32,000 nt of DNA from Okeania sp. (GTDB lineage Bacteria; Cyanobacteriota; Cyanobacteriia; Cyanobacteriales; Microcoleaceae): NCBI RefSeq assembly GCF_035285525.1, contig NZ_JAYKGW010000135.1, positions 1-32,000 on the forward strand, written 5' to 3'. Below, piece by piece: positions 1-9,512 of the stretch. The position numbers and the translations under genes are program-made. The notes beneath the pieces were generated by a model, which ran no database searches, was not told the DNA's origin, and was given only the letters and a program-made list of their open reading frames with translations. Position 1 is the stretch's first letter. Each line of letters starts with the position of its first letter.

Positions 1-264
1 CTAACCTTGATTGAATAAAAAGTCATGCATATAGGCGATAAACACCAGGTAATATCTATCATATCACAATTTGCTTGAGGATGCAACCTCTTTTCTATAT
101 GAAATTTTTTCAGGAGCTTCAGAAAATAAAAATGTGGGAATTTCCTATTGAGAGGGTATAAATGGAAAACTTTAATAATGTTTAATAATGGGAAAAATCT
201 GGTTGCTTTAGAAAATCAAGTTTACCATCAGATCAGAAAAGAGCAAAAACTCCTAGCCAAATTA

Positions 265-2208
265 TTAATTATTAATTATCAAAGGTTCCTCTAATTTTTG
301 CTTACTATTAGCTACTAACTTACTTAAATATTCCCGTAAATATTCTGCTTGTTCATAATTTAACTCATATTTACTATCCTCAATTTTCTGAGAAAAAAGA
401 GGCTTTCTTTTCAAAATTTGATAATCATCATTTTGTCGAGAAACTTCAGTGAATAAAATAAAATCTTCCGGCTCCGGAATTAAACCATCAGGCAATTTCC
501 CTGCTAAAATAGTCTGGATTTTTTCTTTGCAACCACGAGTATTTATCCCTCGTTTTTCTAATAGTTGAAAAACTTCTTTTACAGATAAAGGATAATCTGA
601 AAAAACTTCCATTATTTCCCAAATTAAAAAATAATCATTGTATTGTTCTTGAGATATATCTACAATTTTTGGATAGAGAGTTAAAGTAGCTAAACCATAA
701 GCAACTCTACCAATAGTTCGTTTAATTTCTGCCATTTCAGATAAAGAATTATTGGCTTCTAACTCTTGATTTTCTAGCTCAACTTTGGCATCTTGTATAA
801 TAATTGCATTCGACAATTTTTGACGTAACCATTTAGCGATCGCTCCCCAACAACCACTTCCTCCAGTACAAATAGCACGGTTAATTCCTACTGGAGATAT
901 TCCTACTTTACTGAAAAAACTATTCAACTCTTGATTCAATTGTTGAACAAAAGGTTCTAAGACTTTAGTGTTCAAATCTTTTTCTTGTAAATATTTAATC
1001 TGATCATCTATATTCACAGTAAATTCTTTTTCGGCAGGCAAAATTACTTTTAAATTATGAGCTGTTACTAATAATTCTTGTCTATAAGATGAACTGTGTA
1101 ACCACTGTTGTAGTTGATATCTAATTAACAAATCTGGATATCCTGGTCGTGGCCAGACTTGACCTAATTCTGACTGATTCTTTTCATTATTAGGTAAATT
1201 TTCTATTGTATCATCTTTTAGTAAAAGTTGACAAATAATATCTTGATCTAAAGCATTGCCTCCATAAGCAAAACTATGACAATGGAAATTAGAGTAAGTT
1301 AAATTTTGCCCATTTTCTGGTAAGGTCACTAAGGTCAATTCTGTTGTCGTTGCTCCTACATTAATAATTAAAATTCTCTCCCGTCTAGATTTGGTAATGG
1401 CATAATTTTCTGTATTTTCTGTTACTAAATTTAATTCTGTTAAAGCTGTAGCGATCGCTTCTTCAATTACAATTACTTGATTGACATTTTTCACTAAACC
1501 TGCTTCTAAAACTGCTTCTCGTAGATTAAAGCGATAAGCTTCTGACCAACTAGCAGGAGAACCCATAATTACAGATTTTAATTCTGCCATAGCTGAGACA
1601 AAAGTTTTATGTTCCAACCCCACCGCACCACAAATATAATCATTAATAATAATCTTTGTCTTAGTTTCTTTCTCAATCATAGAAGTCAAGTTCGGGAAAT
1701 TATTTGGAGGGCGAAAAGTCTTCAATAAAGTTACTAATCCCTGTTTAACTAAGCTTAAAGGAATTTGATGTTGTTCAGACCATTGTAAAATAGGTTCATG
1801 GGAGATTGTTGGAGAAAAATTAGGAGCTAGGAGAAAAGTTCCTTCTGGTTTACCTAGTAACTTTTGTTTTTTAAGTTTAATTGAAATGTAAGGTATGGCA
1901 ACTTTTAAACTAGGCTTAAAGTTTTCTAGTAATAAAGATTTTTGTTGTAAATTTTCAACATAAATAATTGATGGTAGTCTATATATTTTTTTGGTAGAAT
2001 TAAAACCATTTTTAACTGTTTTGGTAGAGAGAATAAACTCTTGATTAATTTTAATAATATCTAATTCTGGTTTAACTTTTACTAGCTCCCAATAAAGAGG
2101 ATAAATTTTGCCACTACTGTGATTAAATAATACTGCGGAAATTCCAGTAGTACCAAAGTCAATTCCTAAATGCCATGATAAACTTGTTTGTGTTGTATCT
2201 GTTTCCAT
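265..2208 (-). CDS. Hsp70/actin-fold (ASKHA) ATPase-like protein without a recognisable Hsp70 substrate-binding domain
   Basis: The track ORF 265..2223 opens at TTG; I chose the first ATG at 2208 (METDTT...). Phosphate-1 motif GIDFGTTGIS lies near the N-terminus, with phosphate-2-like LIINVGATTTELTLV and adenosine-motif-like AICTGGSGCW. The last ~150 aa match no family I recognise. The start lies 11 nt after the TGA (2220-2222) of the upstream gene. The C-terminal IINN and the stop are encoded by a TAATTAT heptamer array. Confidence 0.75.
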   Translation of the reverse strand: METDTTQTSLSWHLGIDFGTTGISAVLFNHSSGKIYPLYWELVKVKPELDIIKINQEFILSTKTVKNGFNSTKKIYRLPSIIYVENLQQKSLLLENFKPSLKVAIPYISIKLKKQKLLGKPEGTFLLAPNFSPTISHEPILQWSEQHQIPLSLVKQGLVTLLKTFRPPNNFPNLTSMIEKETKTKIIINDYICGAVGLEHKTFVSAMAELKSVIMGSPASWSEAYRFNLREAVLEAGLVKNVNQVIVIEEAIATALTELNLVTENTENYAITKSRRERILIINVGATTTELTLVTLPENGQNLTYSNFHCHSFAYGGNALDQDIICQLLLKDDTIENLPNNEKNQSELGQVWPRPGYPDLLIRYQLQQWLHSSSYRQELLVTAHNLKVILPAEKEFTVNIDDQIKYLQEKDLNTKVLEPFVQQLNQELNSFFSKVGISPVGINRAICTGGSGCWGAIAKWLRQKLSNAIIIQDAKVELENQELEANNSLSEMAEIKRTIGRVAYGLATLTLYPKIVDISQEQYNDYFLIWEIMEVFSDYPLSVKEVFQLLEKRGINTRGCKEKIQTILAGKLPDGLIPEPEDFILFTEVSRQNDDYQILKRKPLFSQKIEDSKYELNYEQAEYLREYLSKLVANSKQKLEEPLIINN

Positions 2209-2219
2209 TTTTAATCGGC

Positions 2220-3941
2220 TCAATTTTTCTTTTCAGAATTTGATAAATTTTGAATTAGGTTTTCTAGGGCTAAAAATTCTTCATTATCTATTTCTGTCAA
2301 TTCTTCTTCTTCTTCGGTTGTATTTTTTAAGCTATCTAAAATATCATCTAGAGTCATTTCATTTTCTGTATTTTCTTCTGAACTAGAGATATTTTCCTGG
2401 TTACTTGTAGTTAATTTTTGGGAAATATCATCAACATCCCTAAATAAATCTTCCAAGTTAGTTGATTCTGGTTCAGAAGTAATAACCAAACTATTATCAG
2501 AAAATTCATAATTATTTTCTGTTAAATCTTGCTCCTGGTCTTCTACTATTTGCAATTCAGTTGTATCTGAATTATCTATTGATTCATCTACATTAATTTC
2601 TTCTAAACTTTCTAAATCAGAAGACAAATATTCTAGGGTTTTAGTATCTAATAATAGTTCATTAAGTTTTCTATCAGGTCCTTCTGGTAAAAGACTTTGT
2701 GTCAAAGGTTCCTTAGTATACTTAATATATCTATCTGGTTCTAATTTCTCTATTGAGTTAGTGAGACTTTGTTGATTTTTGCTATTAGTAACTATTTGCT
2801 TAGTTAATCCTTTATCGACCTCTAGATCTCCAAATAAATTGCTCAGAGATTCTAGCATTTCCGGACTTTCTACATTTTCTACATTTTCTGATGTACCTAA
2901 CTGTAATTCTGGAGTTATTGGTACTTGATCTTCTGTTGTAAAAATTTGATTCTGAGAGTTATGGTTATCAGTATAATTATCTTCAAAAGTGGGAGGTGCT
3001 AACTGAGATAAGATTTCATTTCCCTCACTTTTCTCTTTTTCCTGCTGGTTGCTTTTAAGTATTTCTAAATCTTGGTTTTGATCGATATTAAATTGAGGTT
3101 CGAGGGAAGATTCTTGATGATCTAACTTATCTGCTAGGATAAATTTTTTTTCTGTTTTTGTGATTGTTGATTCTGAAGCTTGTTTTTTGACAAACTCATA
3201 ACCTGGATAAGGTAATGCAAATTGATTTACCGGTTCTTGTGATTCATCAATTTGAGGAGATAACCTTTGAATTTGTAAATTTTCATCAGTAATATTATCT
3301 TCTACATCATTTTCTTCTTCTTCACTATTTGAACCATCAATAAATGAACTTTCAATATGAGAAACTTTCTCTTGTTTATGCTCGGAAATTTTCAGAACTC
3401 TAGAAGTTTCAGTATTAATACTTTGACTAAAAGATGAATGCTGAATAGTCAACTTAGATAAATGTTCCAATAATGCTTCTTTAACTGGACTCAATAAAGC
3501 TTGAGAAAATTCAGAAATAATCTGGTCTTGTTTACTGTATTGTTGAGCTAAACTATAACTTTCTTGTCGGCGCTGCTCAAGTTGTCTAATTTCTTCTTCG
3601 AGAGCTTGTCGTTTTTGTTTGAGTATTTTGAAGTCTTCTCGTAGATACTGATTAATAGTGGCAAAAAACTCTTCTATTTGTTGTGGATTTTGTTTAATCT
3701 GAAGGTCAATAGTGTTTTCTGAAGTTAAAGATTGGTCAGCAGAAAATAAGTTAAGATTAGAAGTTTTATCTACATCCTGAGCCAAATAATCTAACATTTC
3801 CTGTAAGATTTTTCTGGCTCTTTTTAGTGTTTCTACGAGAATTTCAGGAGAACTTTGGTTACTAGAATCATTGAGTACCTCATCTATCTCCTTGATTATT
3901 ACTTGAATTGTGTTATTATTTTGCTTCTTCAAGAATACCAC
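2220..3941 (-). CDS. Large acidic low-complexity protein with an N-terminal coiled-coil segment; family unknown
   Basis: A 573-codon uninterrupted ORF in stop-rich AT DNA. GTG start at 3941; the first internal ATG is at codon 50. A heptad-like stretch reads KQKRQALEEEIRQLEQRRQESYSLAQQY, and the remainder is D/E/N/Q/S/T-rich. It is tightly followed by the ATPase-like gene on the same strand. Confidence 0.7.
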   Translation of the reverse strand: MVFLKKQNNNTIQVIIKEIDEVLNDSSNQSSPEILVETLKRARKILQEMLDYLAQDVDKTSNLNLFSADQSLTSENTIDLQIKQNPQQIEEFFATINQYLREDFKILKQKRQALEEEIRQLEQRRQESYSLAQQYSKQDQIISEFSQALLSPVKEALLEHLSKLTIQHSSFSQSINTETSRVLKISEHKQEKVSHIESSFIDGSNSEEEENDVEDNITDENLQIQRLSPQIDESQEPVNQFALPYPGYEFVKKQASESTITKTEKKFILADKLDHQESSLEPQFNIDQNQDLEILKSNQQEKEKSEGNEILSQLAPPTFEDNYTDNHNSQNQIFTTEDQVPITPELQLGTSENVENVESPEMLESLSNLFGDLEVDKGLTKQIVTNSKNQQSLTNSIEKLEPDRYIKYTKEPLTQSLLPEGPDRKLNELLLDTKTLEYLSSDLESLEEINVDESIDNSDTTELQIVEDQEQDLTENNYEFSDNSLVITSEPESTNLEDLFRDVDDISQKLTTSNQENISSSEENTENEMTLDDILDSLKNTTEEEEELTEIDNEEFLALENLIQNLSNSEKKN

Positions 3942-3956
3942 CTCTCTTAGTCATCT

Positions 3957-4005
3957 ATGGATAATGGATAATTGTTAATGGATAATTGTTAATGGATAAT
4001 TAGAG
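3957..4005. repeat. Period-7 tandem array (ATGGATA / ATTGTTA units; 14-mer ATGGATAATTGTTA about 2.5 times)
   Basis: Direct reading gives atggata atggata attgtta atggata attgtta atggata attagag. It lies immediately upstream of the 573-aa gene start. The reverse-complement motif recurs at 18841-18889. Confidence 0.9.
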
Positions 4006-4161
4006 ATATAGCAATCATATTTTATTCGTGTCAAAAATCTTGCTAATTTTTGGTATGGAGTTGGGAAGGCAATGGTTCATGGGTAAAAGTTTTGGTCTTG
4101 ATTTCTCGTTTTTGAATTGTTACAACCAATGGGCAGATTGCTATATATAGTAATAAGGATA

Positions 4162-4203
4162 GGGAGTAAGGAGTAGGGAGTAGGGAGTAGTTAAGAGTTA
4201 GGA
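4162..4203. repeat. GGGAGTA heptamer array (4 good units plus degenerate units)
   Basis: Units read gggagta aggagta gggagta gggagta gttaaga gttagga. The same unit recurs at 14312-14328, 15090-15104 and 29952-29986. Confidence 0.9.
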
Positions 4204-4950
4204 GAAGCGGGAAGTTCTAGAAGAGGTGGTCATGTCCTATCCACCTTTAGTTTTTCTGTCATAATGACCCCAAAATCTTCACTTTTTCCCCTCCATCAAC
4301 TAAAAAGCTGGTGACTTTTAGAGTTCCCGATAAATCAACACCTAAAATTTTTCAAACCTCTATGTCTAAATGGTTTGATATTTAATCATCAGAGCAATAA
4401 TGATAAGTATGTAGGTAGGAAAAAAATAAGTATGTCACAAAAACAGAACTCAAGCCATGTGAACCCAGAAACCCGGTACGAGGGTAGATTATTGCTGCTC
4501 AAAACAATGATTTATCGTAGAAACCGGGTTCCTCCCGTGTAAGTCCTAAAAAAGTAAAGTGGCTCTGAAACTTATTCCCTTTTACGTCCTATTTACCTTA
4601 TACTTTATGCCTCTTACCTTCATAAATACGATAAATTTTAACGCCTATCTACATTATTAGTTAAAATAATTAGGCTTAAGCGACAAGAAAACAGTATCAT
4701 TACTCTCATAGCTAAAATTATATTCTAAGCTAAATGCCGATCACTATAATATAACCAGATTTGGTTTACCACATAATATATTTATAGTCAAGTTGGTTGC
4801 TGAAAATAACAATGAGAATAAACTCTACAGTTGTATCAACCTGAAATAATGGCTTTGAGTGATTAGTTATTATAGATTTGCCTAGTATTGCTAATCATGT
4901 ACATCCATATGCTAAACGAGAAATCTCAAAAAACTTATTTTAATTATTTA

Positions 4951-5127
4951 AAATTTACCAAAAAATCAGGTCTAAAGCCTCCCCTTTTAAGGGGATAAAA
5001 AAGTAGTCGAGAGATGGATGGGTTCCCTAACCATATCTAATAGACCAAGAGAAATATTTAACTCATCAGCATTTCAAGCCTACGACCTGAGTCGGAGGTT
5101 CACTGATAACTGATAACTGAAATGACC
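4951..5127. mobile_element. MITE-like dispersed repeat (CCCCTTTTAAGGGG-core / GATAACT-heptamer family)
   Basis: Segment 5072-5127 (tttcaagcctacgacctgagtcggaggttcactgataactgataactgaaatgacc) is the reverse complement of 13018-13087 apart from small indels. The palindrome ccccttttaagggg at 4981-4994 matches ccccttaaaagggg at 13108-13121. The left end ttaccaaaaaat..ggt.taaagcctc recurs at 9388 and 16786. Confidence 0.7.
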
Positions 5128-5171
5128 TCCAGGCTAAATCTCCTGCCCTAATTAGTAAAACATATAATCTC

Positions 5172-5876
5172 ATGGAAGATAGGCAAGCTCAAGACACCCA
5201 GTCAAATATTAAACAATTAATGCTGTCCACCCCATTTTTTGACGGCTTACCAGGAGAGGCATTAGAAAAAGCAATAATTCATTTAGTTAGCCGTCAACAT
5301 CCACCAAACCAGGTGATCCTATTGGAAAATGATTGGGGTACTTCAGTATACTTCATTTTAGATGGATGGGTAAAAATTCGTACCTATAATTTAGATGGTA
5401 AAGAAGTAACATTGAATATTCTGGGCAAAGGAGAAGTATTTGGAGAAATGGCAGCTTTAGATGAAGTACCTCGCTCTACTGATGTAATTACTTTAGCTCC
5501 TACTTTAATTGGTAATATGCCAGCTCAAGATTTTGCCCATCTTATTCAGACTGAACCCATAGCAGGAATTAGATTAGCTCAATTAATGGCCAGACGTTTA
5601 CGACAGGTAAATCGACGACTCAGATTACGAGAAGCAGATGCTCAAGCAAGAGTTGCAGATATTTTACTCTTTCTTGCAGAAAGCCAAGGTATAGCTTCTC
5701 CAGATGGAATAGAAATTCCTAATTTGCCTCATAGAGAATTAAGTAGTTTGAGTGGTTTGGCTAGAGAAACTGTAACTAGAGTCTTAAGTAAATTAGAGAA
5801 AAAATTATTAATTAAGCGCGATCGCGACACTTTATGTATTCCCGATGTTATCTCTTTAGAACGTACACTTGTTTAA
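5172..5876 (+). CDS. Crp/Fnr-family transcriptional regulator (cNMP-binding domain plus HTH)
   Basis: ATG start. The cNMP-binding barrel reads VYFILDGWVKIR...GEVFGEMAALDEVPRSTDV. The C-terminal HTH reads RELSSLSGLARETVTRVLSKLEKKLLIKR. The sequence does not resemble NtcA. Confidence 0.9.
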   Translation: MEDRQAQDTQSNIKQLMLSTPFFDGLPGEALEKAIIHLVSRQHPPNQVILLENDWGTSVYFILDGWVKIRTYNLDGKEVTLNILGKGEVFGEMAALDEVPRSTDVITLAPTLIGNMPAQDFAHLIQTEPIAGIRLAQLMARRLRQVNRRLRLREADAQARVADILLFLAESQGIASPDGIEIPNLPHRELSSLSGLARETVTRVLSKLEKKLLIKRDRDTLCIPDVISLERTLV

Positions 5877-5917
5877 ATAATTGATAATTAATAATTAATC
5901 ATTAATAATTAATAATT
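5876..5917. repeat. AATAATT (TAATTAT-type) heptamer array, 6 units
   Basis: Units read aataatt gataatt aataatt aatcatt aataatt aataatt. The array starts within the stop codon of the Crp-family gene. Confidence 0.9.
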
Positions 5918-5941
5918 GAATTTTTAATCTAAACCAAATCT

Positions 5942-6601
5942 GTGAAAACAACTTCAGACGACAAACAACCATCAAGTTATAGAGAAGATAAACCGATCGC
6001 TCTAGTAGAAACAGCTTTTTTGGCCAGTACCGCCAGCCTGATTTGGTTTATCAACTATTATTTTCCCATAGGACCGTTATTAAAGATTTTTTTTCCCATA
6101 CCAATTGCTTTACTTTACTTAAGATGGGGAAATCGTGCATCTTGGATGGGTGCAACAGTATCAGGATTACTTTTATCTGTGCTTATGGGGCCAACTCGTA
6201 GTATTTTATTTGTAATTCCTTTTGCTTTAATGGGGGTAATGTTAGGAGCGGTGTGGAAGCGAAGGGGAAGTTGGTTAGTTTCTATTGGTTTAGGTTCTCT
6301 TCTTGGTTCTGTTGGTTTCTTTTTTCGACTTTGGTTACTTTCGATTTTGTTAGGGCGAGATTTATGGATATATTTAACTACACAAGTTACAGAATTATTA
6401 GAATGGGGATTTATTAAATTAGGGTTATTAGCTCAACCAAATTTAGTATTAGTTCAAGTGATGGCTTTAATCGTGGTTTTGGTGAATAATATTATCTATT
6501 TGTTTGTTGTTCATTTGGTGGCTTTATTGTTACTAGACAGGATAGGAAATTCTATTCCTAGACCTCCTAAATGGGTACAAGTTTTGCTGGATTATGATTA
6601 G
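5942..6601 (+). CDS. Polytopic membrane protein, DUF2232-like
   Basis: GTG start and several hydrophobic helices. The pattern LVETAFLASTASLIWFINYYFPIGPLL...LYLRWG...GPTRSILFVIPFALMG fits my recollection of the cyanobacterial DUF2232 family. Function is unknown. Confidence 0.65.
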   Translation: MKTTSDDKQPSSYREDKPIALVETAFLASTASLIWFINYYFPIGPLLKIFFPIPIALLYLRWGNRASWMGATVSGLLLSVLMGPTRSILFVIPFALMGVMLGAVWKRRGSWLVSIGLGSLLGSVGFFFRLWLLSILLGRDLWIYLTTQVTELLEWGFIKLGLLAQPNLVLVQVMALIVVLVNNIIYLFVVHLVALLLLDRIGNSIPRPPKWVQVLLDYD

Positions 6602-6614
6602 CTAGGTTTAATTA

Positions 6615-9062
6615 TTAATTATTTAGTCTAGCTGCTTCTAAAATCAAACGTTGTTCGGCACGAGCGATCGCTTGATAAGTTTGTTGAACAGCATTTATAT
6701 TAACAGAAATAGAAGTAATTCCCCACCGAACTAAATCATCTATTATTTCTGGATATAAAGCAGGAGCATCACCGCAAATAGAACAAGGAATACCAGCAAT
6801 TTTTGCTTGAGAAATTAATTTTTGGATTGCTCTCATTACTGCTGGATGACGAGCGTCAAAAACATTTTTAATTTCTTCTTTTTCTCGGTCTATTCCTAAT
6901 AGTAATTGTGTTAAATCATTAGTGCCAATAGCAATACCTTGTACACCTGCTTTTACATATTCAGGTAATAAGAATAAAACTGATGGTACTTCTGCCATAA
7001 TCCAAATTTGAAAATGATTTGGTTTATCTTTCCATTTGGTTTCAATTTGATTTCTACAAAATTGAAATTCTTCTACAGAACGTACATAAGGTAAAATTAA
7101 ATTGACATTATTATAACCTAATTTATGTACTTTAGATAAGATATTTATTTCTAAATCTAGTAAACTTGGTTCTAGCATATAACTAAATGTGCCATGCTTC
7201 CCTAATATAGGATTATAATAATTAGTTTGGTCAGACAAATTTAATTCTTGATTGAGATTTTGGGGATGAATATTTTGGCTAAACTGATTATCTTGATTTC
7301 TAGAATAATTAGAATTAAAGAGTACCAAATCAAGGGAACGATAAAAAACTGGTTTGGGAGCAAAAGCAGCAGCAAATTTAGTTAGATGCTGTACCATTAA
7401 ATCTATTAATTCTGATTGACGACCTTTTTCTATCCACCATAAAGGATGATGATTTTCTAATAGTTCAATTGCCATTAATTCTGACCGTAATAATCCTACT
7501 CCATCTATGGGTAAATTTTGCGCTTTTTTAATTGAATTAATTTGACTAATATTCACAAATAATTTACTGCCAATGGGAAAAAAGTTTTGAGAATGAAGAG
7601 AATTTTTCCCTACTTCTATATCCAATGTTTGAGGATGATTTCTTTGTTCTTTTATCAGATGTACTTCTCCATTATTGCCATTAACTAATAAATAATTACC
7701 TGTTTTAATTATCTGAGTAGAATTAGCAGCTCCCACAATGGCAGGAATCCCAATTTCTCTGGCTAAAATTGCACCATGACTGGTAATACCACCTTGTTCA
7801 GAAATAATTCCAGCAGCATTTTTTAATAATGGCAAATAACTAGGAATAACTGCCGAAACAACTAAAATTGCTCCTTGAGGAATTTCTTTTAATTGTGGAA
7901 TTAAACCCTGAATAACGATAGCTTTACCTGTTACTTTTCCGGCTGATGTACCGATACCTTTAATAATAGAAATATCACTATTTTCAAGAGATTGTTTTTT
8001 TGATTCTGTTGTCGAATTAGATAAATTTTCTAAATTTTTATGGTCTTTTTGTAGTTTCAGAAAATCCGTAATTAATAATTGAGGTTCAGCATCATTATCT
8101 GTTTTAAATAAACTCCATTTCAAAGAAAAATCAATCGGGAAATTATTGCTTATTTTCTGAGTTAATTCCAATAACAATTCGAGATAATTATCTCCTAAAA
8201 CAAACTCTTTTTGTAGATTTTCTGGCAAAGAAAAAACTTGCAGTGCTGGTAAATTATCAGAAATAGGTATTTGAGGATGATAAACTTCTTGCCAGATATT
8301 AGTATAGCTTACTTTCATAATAGCTTGATCGAGGTTATAAGCTATAACTTTATTCCCTAATTTTTTGTCTTTTACAGTATGATTTTCCCCAGAAATTAGA
8401 TAACAGTCCGGAATAACTTTCCCCAGTTCCATAGATATTCCTAAACCATAAGTTGCCTTAATTTCCCAATAATTATCTGCCCAAACTTGAATCGTTCCTG
8501 AAGCGATCGCTGACTGTAAAGGTTGTACTAAAATTACTGGGCGAAGTTGTTGAATATAAACTTGGTGACTATGCCAATATAATAAACTTTTAGCCTTAAA
8601 AAATTCTGACCATACTTGTTTAATTGCTAGAGTAAATTCTTCTGATTTAGCTTGACAAATTGTTAATTCTAATATTCCAAAAGTTTCCAAATTAGGAGAA
8701 GCTAAATAAGGCTGAAAAATTAAGACTTGGGTATTAAGATTATTAATTGCAGATGTTAAAGATGCGACTAAATCAAGTGGTAAATTAGTATCAAAAATAT
8801 AGTTATTAATTAATTGAGAAATCTGTTGTAATTGCTGATAGTCATTAATATTAAAATGTAAAGAAGAATTTGGAAAATCAGCTAATAAAGGATCTAACCA
8901 ATCAATATGTTCTAAAAATTCCCATAAACTATTTGCGGGCATGACAAAACCGGGGTTAACTGGATAACCTTTTTCCATCAGGTTAGCTAAATAAACAGCT
9001 TTTTCCCCTACTATTTCCTGGTCTGATGATTGTAGTTGATTTAGCCAGTAAAAATTATACAC
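6615..9062 (-). CDS. PEP-utilising enzyme, PpsA (pyruvate, water dikinase)-like
   Basis: GTG start. The PPDK_N-like N-terminus reads VGEKAVYLANLMEKGYPVNPGF. The phosphohistidine swivel motif reads GGITSHGAILAREIGIPAIVG. C-terminal PEP/pyruvate-domain motifs are GVGLLRSE, YRSLD, IGTNDLTQ and ICGDAP. Confidence 0.85.
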   Translation of the reverse strand: MYNFYWLNQLQSSDQEIVGEKAVYLANLMEKGYPVNPGFVMPANSLWEFLEHIDWLDPLLADFPNSSLHFNINDYQQLQQISQLINNYIFDTNLPLDLVASLTSAINNLNTQVLIFQPYLASPNLETFGILELTICQAKSEEFTLAIKQVWSEFFKAKSLLYWHSHQVYIQQLRPVILVQPLQSAIASGTIQVWADNYWEIKATYGLGISMELGKVIPDCYLISGENHTVKDKKLGNKVIAYNLDQAIMKVSYTNIWQEVYHPQIPISDNLPALQVFSLPENLQKEFVLGDNYLELLLELTQKISNNFPIDFSLKWSLFKTDNDAEPQLLITDFLKLQKDHKNLENLSNSTTESKKQSLENSDISIIKGIGTSAGKVTGKAIVIQGLIPQLKEIPQGAILVVSAVIPSYLPLLKNAAGIISEQGGITSHGAILAREIGIPAIVGAANSTQIIKTGNYLLVNGNNGEVHLIKEQRNHPQTLDIEVGKNSLHSQNFFPIGSKLFVNISQINSIKKAQNLPIDGVGLLRSELMAIELLENHHPLWWIEKGRQSELIDLMVQHLTKFAAAFAPKPVFYRSLDLVLFNSNYSRNQDNQFSQNIHPQNLNQELNLSDQTNYYNPILGKHGTFSYMLEPSLLDLEINILSKVHKLGYNNVNLILPYVRSVEEFQFCRNQIETKWKDKPNHFQIWIMAEVPSVLFLLPEYVKAGVQGIAIGTNDLTQLLLGIDREKEEIKNVFDARHPAVMRAIQKLISQAKIAGIPCSICGDAPALYPEIIDDLVRWGITSISVNINAVQQTYQAIARAEQRLILEAARLNN

Positions 9063-9512
9063 AAGACCATCACTTTGCTTTTCAGTTATTAGTTATCAAA
9101 AAGTCTATGCTTTATCAAGGTTTTTCTTAATATAAAACTTGAGCAAAAAAGCCAAGTGTTAATTAAGGTGGGAGGGTCAATTAGTATATAAATCAATAGC
9201 AAATTTTGACGAACTATAGTAATCCTAAATAGGTTTTAATATCAAATCCTTTGGCAATGGAAATCTTATTAGAAACCGGTTTTATTGGAGACAAATATTA
9301 GTAATAGTGGGATGATGATTCCCGAAAAATTATATAAGTCCGGTTTCTATACTTTTCTACACTGATGCTACCAGATTTGATATAAAATTTTACCAAAAAA
9401 TTATTAAGGTATAAAGCCTCTCTATTCATAGAGCAAAAGAGGTAATTATGTAAGCATTTATTGTGGAATGCTTAGATAATTACTAATTGTTAATTATTGA
9501 AAATAATAGCTT

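Noticed and set aside
3957-4005. Heptamer and 14-mer tandem arrays considered as a possible CRISPR array (also the other arrays)
   Set aside because: The units are 7 or 14 nt and directly adjacent with no unique spacers. No cas genes are present.
4430-4540. A 36-codon ATG ORF (MSQKQNSSHVNPETRYEGRLLLLKTMIYRRNRVPPV)
   Set aside because: It spans two AGAAACCCGG half-palindromes. There is no ribosome-binding context and no similarity to known small proteins.
5163-5168. TATAAT hexamer 3 nt before the Crp-family ATG, suggesting a leaderless mRNA
   Set aside because: The spacing is too short for a typical -10 to +1 distance. TATAAT-like hexamers are frequent by chance in DNA this AT-rich.
5172-5876. 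Crp-family regulator considered as NtcA
   Set aside because: The sequence does not match the highly conserved NtcA protein as I recall it. I found no convincing GTA-N8-TAC sites in the intergenic regions; the gtagaaaattgtcatac stretch near 22807 has the wrong spacing.
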